From Candidatus Caldarchaeales archaeon (GTDB lineage Archaea > Thermoproteota > Nitrososphaeria_A > Caldarchaeales > Calditenuaceae): a stretch of DNA of 32,000 nucleotides. The DNA lies in contig JBCNVM010000002.1 in the NCBI GenBank assembly GCA_039630085.1, positions 101,803-133,802 on the forward strand, given 5' to 3'. The translations under genes and the position numbers were made by a program. This document shows, piece by piece, positions 15,150 to 23,702 of this stretch. Every line of letters starts with the position of its first letter. Positions within the stretch are counted from its first letter, which is position 1. Under the pieces are notes generated by a model. That model searched no databases and was not told the DNA's origin. It saw only the letters and a program-made list of their open reading frames with translations.

Positions 15150-16286
15150 GTGCGAACGGGCGTGGGTCGCGTCGCGGTCGTCGGCGCAGGTCCCGCGGGC
15201 CTAATCGCCGCGAGGGAGCTGGCAGGGTTGGGGCACGAGGTGACGGTCTTCGAGGAGGACGAGGTCGTGGGGAGGCCGGAACATTGCGCGGGCCTCTACA
15301 GCGTCAGCGGGCTCAGGAGGATAGGCGCGTGGAGTCCGAGGTACGTCCTGAACTACGTGAGGGGCGCGGTCTTCAGGTCTTCGAGGGGGAGGGAGCTGGT
15401 CGTGAGGAGGCCGACGCCGGTCGCCGTGGTGGCGAACAGGGAGGAGCTCGACCGCCTCCTGGCGGAGCTCGCGGTTTCAAAGGGCGCCGAGATCGGGCTG
15501 GGCGCGAGGGTGACCGGCCTGAGCCTGAGGGAAGGCCCCGAGTTGCACGTCGGCGGCGACCGGAGGAAGTTCGACGCGGCGGTTATCGCGGAGGGGATGA
15601 AGAGGTCGTTGGCGAGGGCGCTCTTCGGCCCTTTGACGAGGGCTCAGCCGGTCCCGATAGTCCAGTCGCTGATCAGGGGTCACGGACTCGACCCCGACGC
15701 GGTCCACGTCTGGTTCGAGCGGTACCTGAAGGACTACTTCGCCTACGCCGTTCCCCTCGACGAGGAGCTGGCCAGGATAGGGCTCGCTTCCAAGAGCGGG
15801 ACGCCGGAGCTGCTGAAGAGGTTCGCGAGGGAGAGGTTCCCGGGGGCGAAGGTCCTGGGCTATCAGGTCCACTCGCTCTGGCTGGGGGGGCCCTTGAACG
15901 TCGGGCTCGGGGGCCGGGCGGTGCTGGTCGGAGACTGCGCCGGTCAGACCAAACCGCTCACGGGCGGAGGCGTGGTGGTGGGTGGTCTCTGCGCGATCGC
16001 GGCCGCTAACCACGTCAACGCGCTCCTAGTGGAGGGGAGGGACGGGACATACAGGAGGGCCGTGAGGTGGATCTACTGGGACCTGAGGGCGTCGAAGCTC
16101 CTCAAGGACCTGCTGACGCGGAGGATGGGGGTCGATGACCTGATAGAGGCCGCGGCGGACTCGGGCATCGAGAAGAGGATCTCGGAAGTGGGGGACATGG
16201 ACTTCCACGCGCTCACCGCGCTCAGGGCCCTGCCCTCGCCGAGCGGTATGAGGTTCCTAATGGGCCTCCTGAGGTCCTTGTTCTAG
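15150..16286 (+). CDS. Geranylgeranyl-reductase-family FAD-dependent oxidoreductase
   Basis: 378 aa with a GTG start. VAVVGAGPAGLIAARELA..V.VFE Rossmann motif and LVGDCAGQTKPLTGGGV, as in the GGR family. Confidence 0.7.
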   Translation: MRTGVGRVAVVGAGPAGLIAARELAGLGHEVTVFEEDEVVGRPEHCAGLYSVSGLRRIGAWSPRYVLNYVRGAVFRSSRGRELVVRRPTPVAVVANREELDRLLAELAVSKGAEIGLGARVTGLSLREGPELHVGGDRRKFDAAVIAEGMKRSLARALFGPLTRAQPVPIVQSLIRGHGLDPDAVHVWFERYLKDYFAYAVPLDEELARIGLASKSGTPELLKRFARERFPGAKVLGYQVHSLWLGGPLNVGLGGRAVLVGDCAGQTKPLTGGGVVVGGLCAIAAANHVNALLVEGRDGTYRRAVRWIYWDLRASKLLKDLLTRRMGVDDLIEAAADSGIEKRISEVGDMDFHALTALRALPSPSGMRFLMGLLRSLF

Positions 16287-17446
16287 TGGCGCTCCTCGAT
16301 CGGGACGTACCTCTGCCCCACGGGAGGACCGACGTAATGATGCACCGGTCTGATCAGCCTATTGTCCTTCCAGTACTCGAGGACGTGGGCGACCCAGCCG
16401 ACCACCCTGCTGACCGCGAAGACCGCGGTGAAGTAGTCTGGAGGTATTCCGACCGCGGTGTAGACCATCGGTGTCCAGAAGTCCAGGTTCGGGAAGAGCC
16501 CCTTTGGAGCCAGCCTCGCCATCGCGGCCTCCTCGAGCCTCGTGGCGATCTCGTAGAGGGTCTTGACCCTGCCTCCGACGATCTGCGCGGCCTTGGCGGC
16601 CATCGCCTTGACGACCTTCGCCCTTGGGTCGTAGATCTTGTAAATCCTGTGGCCGAAGCCCATCACCCTCCTCTTCTCTGAGAGGGCCTTCTCCAGCCAG
16701 GCCTCGACCCTGTCGGGGTCGCCGATCTCCACGAACTGCCGGTACGCAGCCTCCGAGGCGCCCCCGTGAAGCGGTCCCTTGAGGGCCATGATGCCTGAGA
16801 CGATCGAGGAGTAGATGTCGCTGAGGGTTGAAGCGGTGACGACCGCGCCGAAGGTCGAGGCGGGCACGCCGTGCTCCGCGTGGAGGATGAGGATGTCGTC
16901 GAGGAACTCGAGCTGATAGGGCTCAGGCCTTTTTGACGTGACCAAGTAGATTAAGTTGCCGGCTATGCCCAACGACGGGTCCGGAGGGACGGGCTCCTCG
17001 CCCTGATGGACCCGAATGACGTTCCCGAGGACTGACCCGGCCTTCGCTAGCGCCCTGATCGCGTGGCGCATGTGGTCCCCGTCGCCCGCCGCGCCCTTCC
17101 CGGCCAAGATGTAATACGCAGCCAGCGCGTCCATCCCTCCTGACCTCTTCGCCGAGAACTTCACGGTCTCGAGCTCGTCGCCGTCGAGGACCATCTCCTC
17201 CCTCAGCCTCGCGACGAACTCCCCGAACTCGGCCCGATTGGGGAGCCTGCCGTTGAGCAGCAGGTACGCCACCTCCTCGTAGCTGCTCTTCACCACGAGC
17301 TCCTCGACGTCGTAGCCGACGTAGTACAGCTTGCCGTTCTCCGTGTCTATCAGGCAGAGGGAGCTTTCGAGCACGTGAACGCCCTCGAGACCCTTATAGA
17401 CTCTGGGAGGCGTCTCCATGATCGACTCTTGAATGATGTTAGCCAT
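16283..17446 (-). CDS. Citrate synthase / 2-methylcitrate synthase
   Basis: 387 aa. LHAEHG, GPLHGGA and GFGHRIYK signatures. Lies directly downstream of prpD, suggesting 2-methylcitrate synthase activity (inference). Confidence 0.9.
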   Translation of the reverse strand: MANIIQESIMETPPRVYKGLEGVHVLESSLCLIDTENGKLYYVGYDVEELVVKSSYEEVAYLLLNGRLPNRAEFGEFVARLREEMVLDGDELETVKFSAKRSGGMDALAAYYILAGKGAAGDGDHMRHAIRALAKAGSVLGNVIRVHQGEEPVPPDPSLGIAGNLIYLVTSKRPEPYQLEFLDDILILHAEHGVPASTFGAVVTASTLSDIYSSIVSGIMALKGPLHGGASEAAYRQFVEIGDPDRVEAWLEKALSEKRRVMGFGHRIYKIYDPRAKVVKAMAAKAAQIVGGRVKTLYEIATRLEEAAMARLAPKGLFPNLDFWTPMVYTAVGIPPDYFTAVFAVSRVVGWVAHVLEYWKDNRLIRPVHHYVGPPVGQRYVPIEERH

Positions 17447-17471
17447 TAATAGTCTTTACACCCAAAGGAGA

Positions 17472-18848
17472 TCAGGTTCGCCTCACGTAGAACTCGGTCA
17501 GCTCCGAGACCGAACGGAGGTTCTCGACGTCCGTGGCGAGCCGGAGCAGCTGCCCGGAGCGCGAGGGGCCGAGCACGGGCTCCACGAGCCTCCTGAACTT
17601 CTCAGCGAGCTGGCCGTCGGACATGGGGTTCCTGAAGTGGCCGGTCGGGTAGATGACCTCCTTGGATAGCGTCCGGCCGTCGGAGGTCCTCACGGTCACC
17701 CTGTTCGGGACGGCGCCCGGGTAGATCTCGTCGTACTTGGGGTCGACCTCGACCCGCGTCTTGGAGATGACCTCGAGCAGCAGGGGGTCGCTGAGCTTCT
17801 CGTCGGTGTAGGAGTCGATCCAGATGTCGCCATCGATCAGGGTCCTCGCGGTGATGTAAGGGAGGCTGTGGTCTGCCGTCTCCCTGGTCCTCGGCCTCCA
17901 CTTCTCCGGGTCCTTGACGATGATCTTGTGCGAGACCGTGAACGTGTGGATCTCCACGCCCGCGATCCTCCTCGGGTCCTGGACCTCCCTCTTCAGCTCG
18001 ATCGCCGCCTCCACCGCCGACATCGAGTGGTACTCGACAGGCCACCTCTTGATGCTGGTCATCAGGGTCCTGAAGGGCTGGCCCTCCCTGCCTCCCAGGG
18101 ACGGGAGCGCCGGGAAGGCCCCCGCTATCACCCTCCAGTAACCCATCTCGCCCTCGAAGATCGGAGCAGGGCCGGTTAACCCCTCCGCGGCCAGCATCGC
18201 CGCGAAGACGCCGTGCCGGGCCGCGTACGCCGCCGCGCAGCCCTTCCACATGCTCAACTCCCCCGCCCTAGTCTGCCTCAGGGCAGCCGCGTTGACGCCC
18301 GCGATGTTGATCGCCTGGACGGTTCTCCTGTGGTCCAGCCCGAGTATCTTCGCGGCCCCGGCGGCCGCGCCGAACGCGATGTTCGAGACGTGGTCGAAGC
18401 CCCTGTCCCTGAGGGTAGCCGTGTCGGCCAGTGCGAGGGCCACATCGTAACCAGCGACGATCGAGGTGACCAGTTCGCGGCCCGACGCGCCCACGTACTC
18501 TGCCAGGCCGATCAGCCCCGGTATCATGTCGCTCGGGTGGAGCGCCTCCTTCGAGAGGTAGGTGTCGTTGAAGTCGAGGTACCTCACGGCGACGCCGTTG
18601 GAGAACGCGGCCATGTCCGGAGACACCTTCGTGCCTGAAGAGAGGAGCGTCGCCCCGCGCTCCGTCCTGTGCTTCTCCGCGACCCTCCTGGCGATCGCAA
18701 CCGGTTCGGCGTCGATGGCGCCGTACATCACCGCCAGCGAGTCGACCAGCCTCCTGCTCACCTCCCTCCTCACCTCTGGCGTGAGGTCCCTGAACTCGAG
18801 TGAGGTCACGTACTCCGCTATCCTATCGGCAACGGACCTCTCCGACAT
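17472..18848 (-). CDS. prpD: MmgE/PrpD-family dehydratase (2-methylcitrate dehydratase)
   Basis: 458 aa. Family-typical length and N-terminal pattern (IAEYV..L.F.DL...V....L.D.LAV..GA), FDHVSNIAFGAAAGAAK. Confidence 0.8.
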   Translation of the reverse strand: MSERSVADRIAEYVTSLEFRDLTPEVRREVSRRLVDSLAVMYGAIDAEPVAIARRVAEKHRTERGATLLSSGTKVSPDMAAFSNGVAVRYLDFNDTYLSKEALHPSDMIPGLIGLAEYVGASGRELVTSIVAGYDVALALADTATLRDRGFDHVSNIAFGAAAGAAKILGLDHRRTVQAINIAGVNAAALRQTRAGELSMWKGCAAAYAARHGVFAAMLAAEGLTGPAPIFEGEMGYWRVIAGAFPALPSLGGREGQPFRTLMTSIKRWPVEYHSMSAVEAAIELKREVQDPRRIAGVEIHTFTVSHKIIVKDPEKWRPRTRETADHSLPYITARTLIDGDIWIDSYTDEKLSDPLLLEVISKTRVEVDPKYDEIYPGAVPNRVTVRTSDGRTLSKEVIYPTGHFRNPMSDGQLAEKFRRLVEPVLGPSRSGQLLRLATDVENLRSVSELTEFYVRRT

Positions 18849-18887
18849 CGGACCGTTCGCGGGTCAGGCTGAATAAATAAGCTCCGG

Positions 18888-19649
18888 TTAGCCCTCCTCC
18901 CTTCCCGGAGACGTGGAGTGGAACGTCCCGGTCGTCGTGTCGACGGAGACGATGGCCCTGAGGACGGCCCGGCCCACCCTGTCCACGTACGCCCTCAGTT
19001 GCTCGGCGTGGTGCATGGGGACGTGCTCGACGAGGTTGTCGCTGACGATCAGCGCCGCGCCTGACTTGACGCCCCTCATCATGCATATCCCGAAGATCGT
19101 GGCGCACTCCATCTCGACCGAGACGTAGCCCCTCGAGACCCACTTCCTCACGAAGTCGGGGTCCTCGGCGTAGAAGGCGTCGCTTGAGAAGACCGGACCG
19201 ATGTACGGCCTGATGCCCTTGGCCTCGAGCTCCTCGACGATCCGCTTCTGGACGTCGAAGCTCGGGACGGGCGTGATGTGTGCGTCGGTGACGTACTGGA
19301 GGAGGGGGCCGCTGACGTACGCTGCGCCCGTCGGAACGACCACGTCGCCTATCCTCATCCCTTTCAGGAAGGCACCGGTGGTCCCCAGCCTGACGATGAC
19401 TCTCGACCCGAGCATGATCAGCTCCTCGACCACGCCCGCGGTCGATGCGCCGCCGACGCCGTGGCAGGCTACCGTGACCGGGACGCCCTCGAACTTCCCG
19501 GTGTACGTGACGAAGCCCCTGCTCTCGTTGACGAGCCTCGCGTCCGAGAGGTGTTCAGCCAGCTGCCTCACCCTAGCGGGGTCGCCGACGACGACTGCCC
19601 TCTCGGCAATGGCCTCCCTCGGCGCCCTGATGAAGACCGGTTCCGGCAC
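18888..19649 (-). CDS. Nucleoside phosphorylase, PNP/UDP-1 family (purine/uridine/MTA phosphorylase-like)
   Basis: 253 aa. VVVGDPARV, CHGVGGASTAGVVEELI and SVEMECATIF resemble hexameric DeoD/Udp-type phosphorylases. Confidence 0.75.
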   Translation of the reverse strand: MPEPVFIRAPREAIAERAVVVGDPARVRQLAEHLSDARLVNESRGFVTYTGKFEGVPVTVACHGVGGASTAGVVEELIMLGSRVIVRLGTTGAFLKGMRIGDVVVPTGAAYVSGPLLQYVTDAHITPVPSFDVQKRIVEELEAKGIRPYIGPVFSSDAFYAEDPDFVRKWVSRGYVSVEMECATIFGICMMRGVKSGAALIVSDNLVEHVPMHHAEQLRAYVDRVGRAVLRAIVSVDTTTGTFHSTSPGREEG

Positions 19650-19680
19650 GACCTACCCAGCGAGAAGAGCGATATCAGCG

Positions 19681-20970
19681 TTATCGGATTGGACCCGCGC
19701 CCCTCTTCGTCTCCGTGACGAACTGCTCGACCTCCGTCGAGCCCTCCAGCGCCCTCGCGGAGACCTCGCCCCCGGTTATCACGTCGTAGAGCTTGTCGTA
19801 ATAGTGGGTGCCTACGAAGGTCTGGTGCTTCGCCGCCCTGTAGCCGGACCTCTCCAGCTCGAACTCCCGCTCCTGGAGCTCCACGTAGGCCGGCATCGCC
19901 CTCTGCCTCAGCCCCCTCGCAAGCTCGAACATCGAGGCGTTGAGCGCGTGGAACCCGGCGAGCGTGATGAACTGGAACTTGTAGCCCATCCTGCCGAGCT
20001 CGTCCTGGAAGACCGCGATCTCATCGTCGGTGAGGGACTTCTTCCAGTTGAAGGACGGAGAGAGGTTGTACGCGAGCATCTTCTCGGGGTACCTGGAGAG
20101 GACCTCCTTCGCGAACTCCTTCGCGTCGCTGAGGCTGGGCCTCTTCGTCTCGAACCAGATCATCTCCGCGAGCGGAGCGACCTCGAGGGCCCTGTCGATC
20201 GCGGCGTCGAGCCCTCCCCTGAACCTGAAGTACCCCTCGGGAGTCCTGTCGCCGTAGACGTACTTGCTGTCGACGTGGTCGTGGTCGCTCGTGACGTACG
20301 ACGCTCCCTCCGCGTCTGTGCGGGCTATCAGGACCATCGGGACGTCCAGGACGTCGGCCGCGAGCCTGGCAGCGACGAGCGTCCTCTTGAAGTTGCTGAG
20401 CGGCGCCAGGACCTTCCCGCCTAGGTGGCCGCACCTCCGCTCGGTCGGGTGCTGGTCCTCCAGATGCACCGAGGCGGCTCCGGCCTCCAGGAACGCGCTG
20501 ACCAGCTCGAAGGCGTGAAGCGGTCCTCCGAACCCGGCCTCGCCGTCGGCGATCAGGGGGACGAAGTAGTCGGGGCCGCTCCTCCCCTCGAGGGCCCTGA
20601 TCTGGTCAGCCCTCCGCAGTGCCTTCAGGATCCTCCTCACCAGTATGGGGCCGCTGTTGCTGGGGTAGAGACCTAGGTCCGGGTACGTCGATTGGGCCTC
20701 GTTGGCGTCCGCCGCGACCTGCCACCCGCTCACGTAGATCGCCTCGAAGCCCGCGTCGACCATCTGGACCGCCTGGCTGCCCGTGAGGGCTCCGGCCGCG
20801 AAGACGTACGGTCTGGTCCTGAGGAGGTTCCAGAACTTCTCCGAGAGAGCCTTCGCGATAACGCAAGTAGTGGGCCAGCTGCCCCTCAGCAGCTTAACGT
20901 CCTCGAAGGCGTAGGGCCTCTCGATCCCGCGCCACCGCTCTCCCTTCCAGCCCTCAGCCATGTCCATCAC
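19681..20970 (-). CDS. aceA: Isocitrate lyase (ICL/PEP-mutase superfamily; possibly also 2-methylisocitrate lyase)
   Basis: 429 aa. Catalytic-loop signature RRCGHLGGKVL (K[KR]CGH-type), LIARTDA, and ICL-typical length. GTG at 20970 and ATG at 20967. Confidence 0.85.
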   Translation of the reverse strand: MMDMAEGWKGERWRGIERPYAFEDVKLLRGSWPTTCVIAKALSEKFWNLLRTRPYVFAAGALTGSQAVQMVDAGFEAIYVSGWQVAADANEAQSTYPDLGLYPSNSGPILVRRILKALRRADQIRALEGRSGPDYFVPLIADGEAGFGGPLHAFELVSAFLEAGAASVHLEDQHPTERRCGHLGGKVLAPLSNFKRTLVAARLAADVLDVPMVLIARTDAEGASYVTSDHDHVDSKYVYGDRTPEGYFRFRGGLDAAIDRALEVAPLAEMIWFETKRPSLSDAKEFAKEVLSRYPEKMLAYNLSPSFNWKKSLTDDEIAVFQDELGRMGYKFQFITLAGFHALNASMFELARGLRQRAMPAYVELQEREFELERSGYRAAKHQTFVGTHYYDKLYDVITGGEVSARALEGSTEVEQFVTETKRGAGPIR

Positions 20971-20988
20971 ACATCATCCAACCCGTTG

Positions 20989-20994
20989 ATATAA
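20989..20994 (-). promoter_or_regulatory. Putative TATA box (TTATAT on the minus strand) for the aceA operon
   Basis: Lies in an AT-rich spacer. The TATA centre is about 25 nt upstream of ATG 20967, consistent with a leaderless transcript. Confidence 0.35.
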
Positions 20995-21130
20995 CCATTT
21001 ACGACCCGTTCGCTAGAACTTACCTTTTCAACCTGATCCTATACCTTGCTTAAGACCATCGATTCCAACGCGTTACGTGTCCTAACGTTAATCGTAAAGC
21101 AGGATATGCCGGTGGGACGGAATCCTTCGA

Positions 21131-21769
21131 TCACTTGAGAGGGTTCTCCTTGAGGTACCTTTTGATGACGTAGACCGAGACGAGCAGGAGGAGGATCGTA
21201 ACCGCGACGTTCACGGGGAACGGGAACCAGAGGGAGGGAGTAGTGATCAGGGAGATCGCTGCGAGCGTCGTCGGGAGGAGGAAGAAGAGGAGCGCGACGA
21301 AGAAGAGGTCGTAGAGCCTCGAGGAGACGAGCTGCGCGACGGAGTCCAACCAGCTGTCCTTGACCGGAGCGTCCACTGGCTGGGTCTGAAGGGTCGTCAC
21401 TAGGTCGGCGAAGAGCTTGCCGTCGGAGGAGTACACGCCGTCGGAGGAGACGAAGGCCACGTTCCTGTCGCCCGACCTGATCACGATCATGCTGGAGGTC
21501 GGCACGGCCTCGAAGCCGTGCATCTTGGCGACCCTCGTCACGGCCCTTATCGTGGCGTCGCTGATCTTGATGCCGAGCTTAGGGTCCGAGTATCCGACCA
21601 CTATCGGGTACACGGAGGCCACCTTGTTCACCGTGAACCGCTCGTCCCTGAACGTCGGTGCTTCCTTCATGATCGCGGTCGGGGACGCGCCTTGGGAGAG
21701 CTGGGACCGCACCCAGTCGACGGCCTTCTCGAAGGCCTCGGACATTTCGTCGTCTCGGGATCCGGCCAT
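21131..21769 (-). CDS. Hypothetical membrane protein (soluble N-terminal domain + two C-terminal TM helices)
   Basis: 212 aa. Normal amino-acid composition, unlike the shadow ORFs. C-terminal LFFVALLFFLLPTTLAAISLI and PVNVAVTILLLLVSVYVI helices. No motif recognised. Confidence 0.5.
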   Translation of the reverse strand: MAGSRDDEMSEAFEKAVDWVRSQLSQGASPTAIMKEAPTFRDERFTVNKVASVYPIVVGYSDPKLGIKISDATIRAVTRVAKMHGFEAVPTSSMIVIRSGDRNVAFVSSDGVYSSDGKLFADLVTTLQTQPVDAPVKDSWLDSVAQLVSSRLYDLFFVALLFFLLPTTLAAISLITTPSLWFPFPVNVAVTILLLLVSVYVIKRYLKENPLK

Positions 21770-21830
21770 TAATTTTAACGTTCTTTTACAAAGGGTATCC
21801 CTAAATTGCCCTGATCACGGGCAATTCGAG

Positions 21831-22211
21831 ATGGCTGCGCCTCCGGAGCAGCTGTGGTTCCTCTGGGACCCCTTCATCTTGTACGTGATACTAGTGCTTC
21901 TGGCGCCCGACGCGTTCTACATCGTCTCGTGGCTGATCTCGCCCAGAAGGTCCTCCAGGGTGAAGAGGATGGCCTTCGAGTCGGGCCAGGCGCCCATCAG
22001 GTCGGCGATAGGCTCGTTCCCCGTCGAGTACTTCCCGTACGTCATCATTTACGTCGCCTACGCCGTCGTGGCCATCCTGGTCTTCGTCTCGCTGGTCTCC
22101 GTTGTGGAGACCGGGGTCACGCCGCTGGTGCTCCTGCTGCTCGTCCTCGCGACCGTCGCTTCGTTCTACGCGAGCTCTCAGCTGAAGGAAGTGGTGGGGA
22201 GGAGGGGTTGA
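21831..22211 (+). CDS. nuoA: NADH-quinone oxidoreductase subunit A
   Basis: 126 aa from ATG 21831. Three TM helices and an FESGQ motif at the position of the NuoA YECG/FE motif. The upstream part of the 21417 ORF overlaps the opposite-strand gene and is rejected. Confidence 0.7.
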   Translation: MAAPPEQLWFLWDPFILYVILVLLAPDAFYIVSWLISPRRSSRVKRMAFESGQAPIRSAIGSFPVEYFPYVIIYVAYAVVAILVFVSLVSVVETGVTPLVLLLLVLATVASFYASSQLKEVVGRRG

Positions 22212-22215
22212 GGGG

Positions 22216-23268
22216 ATGATCGACCTGATCGCGCAGCAGCTCTCGGCCGCGCCCGAGCCGATCAAAACGCTCCTCACCTGGGTCTTCTCCGACGCCTTCA
22301 TCAAGGCCGCGATATTCCCGGGAGCGCTCTTCAGCACGATACTCGGGATGTTCGCCGTTTGGTACGAGAGGAAGCTCCTCGCGAGGGTGATGCTCAGGGT
22401 CGGGCCGCTCCATGTGGGGAAGGTCTCGGGCGTGCTGCAGCTGATAGCCGACGCGGTCAAGTTCCTCGCGAAGGAGCCGATAACCCCCTCCTCCGCCATC
22501 AAGCCCCTCTTCTGGACGATGCCCTCCGCGGCCCTCCTGCTCTCCCTGCTGCTCTTCGCGTTCCTCCCCTTCGGAGCCGGCTGGATCATCTATCCGAGCG
22601 AGATCGGCCTCCTGCTCTTCTTCGCGGTGATAGCGGTCTCGCCGATCCCGATACTGCTGGCCGCCTACGCCTCCGGTAGCAAGTACCCGCTGATAGGGCT
22701 GACAAGGATGGCCCTTCAGCTCTTCGGCTACGAGGTCCCCCTCTTCCTCGCGCTCGCGGGTGTGGTGCTGATGGCCGGGTCGTTCAACATAGAGAAGATC
22801 GTGGAGGCCCAGTCCAAGGCGCCCTTCGTCCTCCCGCAGTTCATCGGGTTCGTCGTCTTCTTCACGGCGGTCCTGGCTGAGACCGAGAGGGTGCCCTTTG
22901 ACATCCCGACCGCTGAGGGCGAGATCGTCTTCGGGTGGCAGACCGAGTACTCCGGGGCCCACTTCGTCGTCTTCCAGCTTGCGATGTACGAGAAGGCGCT
23001 GGCCCTCTGCGTCCTCGGGGCGCTCCTCTACCTCGGAGGGTGGCACGGACCTCCGATCCCGTTCCTTCCCGAGACGGTCGCCGCGCCGTTCTGGGTGATC
23101 GTCAAGGCGCTGATCCTCTTCACGCTGATGGTGCTGATCAGGGGAGCCTACCCGAGGCTCTCGATCGACAGGGTGCTGGACGTAGGGTGGAGGTATCTGA
23201 TACCGCTGGCGCTGCTGAACCTGTTGGTCGCGGGCACGATCGTCTACCTCTCGGAGACCCTGGCCTGA
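22216..23268 (+). CDS. nuoH: NADH-quinone oxidoreductase subunit H
   Basis: 350 aa. ERKLLARVMLRVGPLHVG..GVLQLIADAVKFLAKEP and AETERVPFDIPTAEGEIV are hallmark NuoH/ND1 motifs. Starts 4 nt after nuoA. Confidence 0.9.
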   Translation: MIDLIAQQLSAAPEPIKTLLTWVFSDAFIKAAIFPGALFSTILGMFAVWYERKLLARVMLRVGPLHVGKVSGVLQLIADAVKFLAKEPITPSSAIKPLFWTMPSAALLLSLLLFAFLPFGAGWIIYPSEIGLLLFFAVIAVSPIPILLAAYASGSKYPLIGLTRMALQLFGYEVPLFLALAGVVLMAGSFNIEKIVEAQSKAPFVLPQFIGFVVFFTAVLAETERVPFDIPTAEGEIVFGWQTEYSGAHFVVFQLAMYEKALALCVLGALLYLGGWHGPPIPFLPETVAAPFWVIVKALILFTLMVLIRGAYPRLSIDRVLDVGWRYLIPLALLNLLVAGTIVYLSETLA

Positions 23269-23610
23269 TCAGCCTCCCTTGAGCCTCTTCAGCCTGAACT
23301 CAATCCCAACCGAGATTATATTGGCCCTCGAGATCGAGTAGACCGCCTGCTGGACCAAGAGGCCGTGGTCGATGTCGTCGAGCCTGCCGTTGGACTCGGA
23401 GACCCTCCTGTCCATCTCCCTGACGTTGTTGACTAAGTCCCTCAGCCCCGAGAGCTCCGACATCAGCTCCTCCCTCTCGAGCGCCCTGACCCGCTCCGAG
23501 GCGTTCCTGACGAACCCGTAGTCGTCGGTCTCGACGAACGCCCTCAGGTCCGAGATCACCAGCCTCAGCTGCTCCCAGGCCTCGCGGAGCGCCCTCTCCC
23601 CCAGCGGCAT
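23269..23610 (-). CDS. Hypothetical helical/coiled-coil protein
   Basis: 113 aa from ATG 23610 (MPLGERALREAWEQL..). The longer 180-aa ORF has a P/S/R-rich N-terminus that overlaps the rpl10 start and is rejected. No motif recognised. Confidence 0.4.
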   Translation of the reverse strand: MPLGERALREAWEQLRLVISDLRAFVETDDYGFVRNASERVRALEREELMSELSGLRDLVNNVREMDRRVSESNGRLDDIDHGLLVQQAVYSISRANIISVGIEFRLKRLKGG

Positions 23611-23702
23611 CGCCGTGAGCTCTGCGCGGTGGTATTTGAGCCGCTCACGATCCCGCGCCCCTGAACCGTTTTTTAGATGGCCGCCCGCAGGCCGGGAAGG
23701 CG

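Noticed and set aside
19201-20424. 407-aa + strand ORF antisense to the nucleoside phosphorylase and isocitrate lyase genes
   Set aside because: This is a shadow ORF crossing a gene boundary. It has biased composition (L/P/R/E/V) and no motifs, while the opposite strand has strong family signatures.
21417-21830. Upstream part of the 264-aa ORF containing nuoA
   Set aside because: It is antisense to the 21131-21769 gene. NuoA homology begins only at the ATG at 21831.
21891-23046. Minus-strand ORFs 21891-22589 (232 aa) and 22117-23046 (309 aa) antisense to nuoA/nuoH
   Set aside because: Extremely R/E/G/D-rich translations. The + strand encodes canonical NuoA/NuoH TM proteins.
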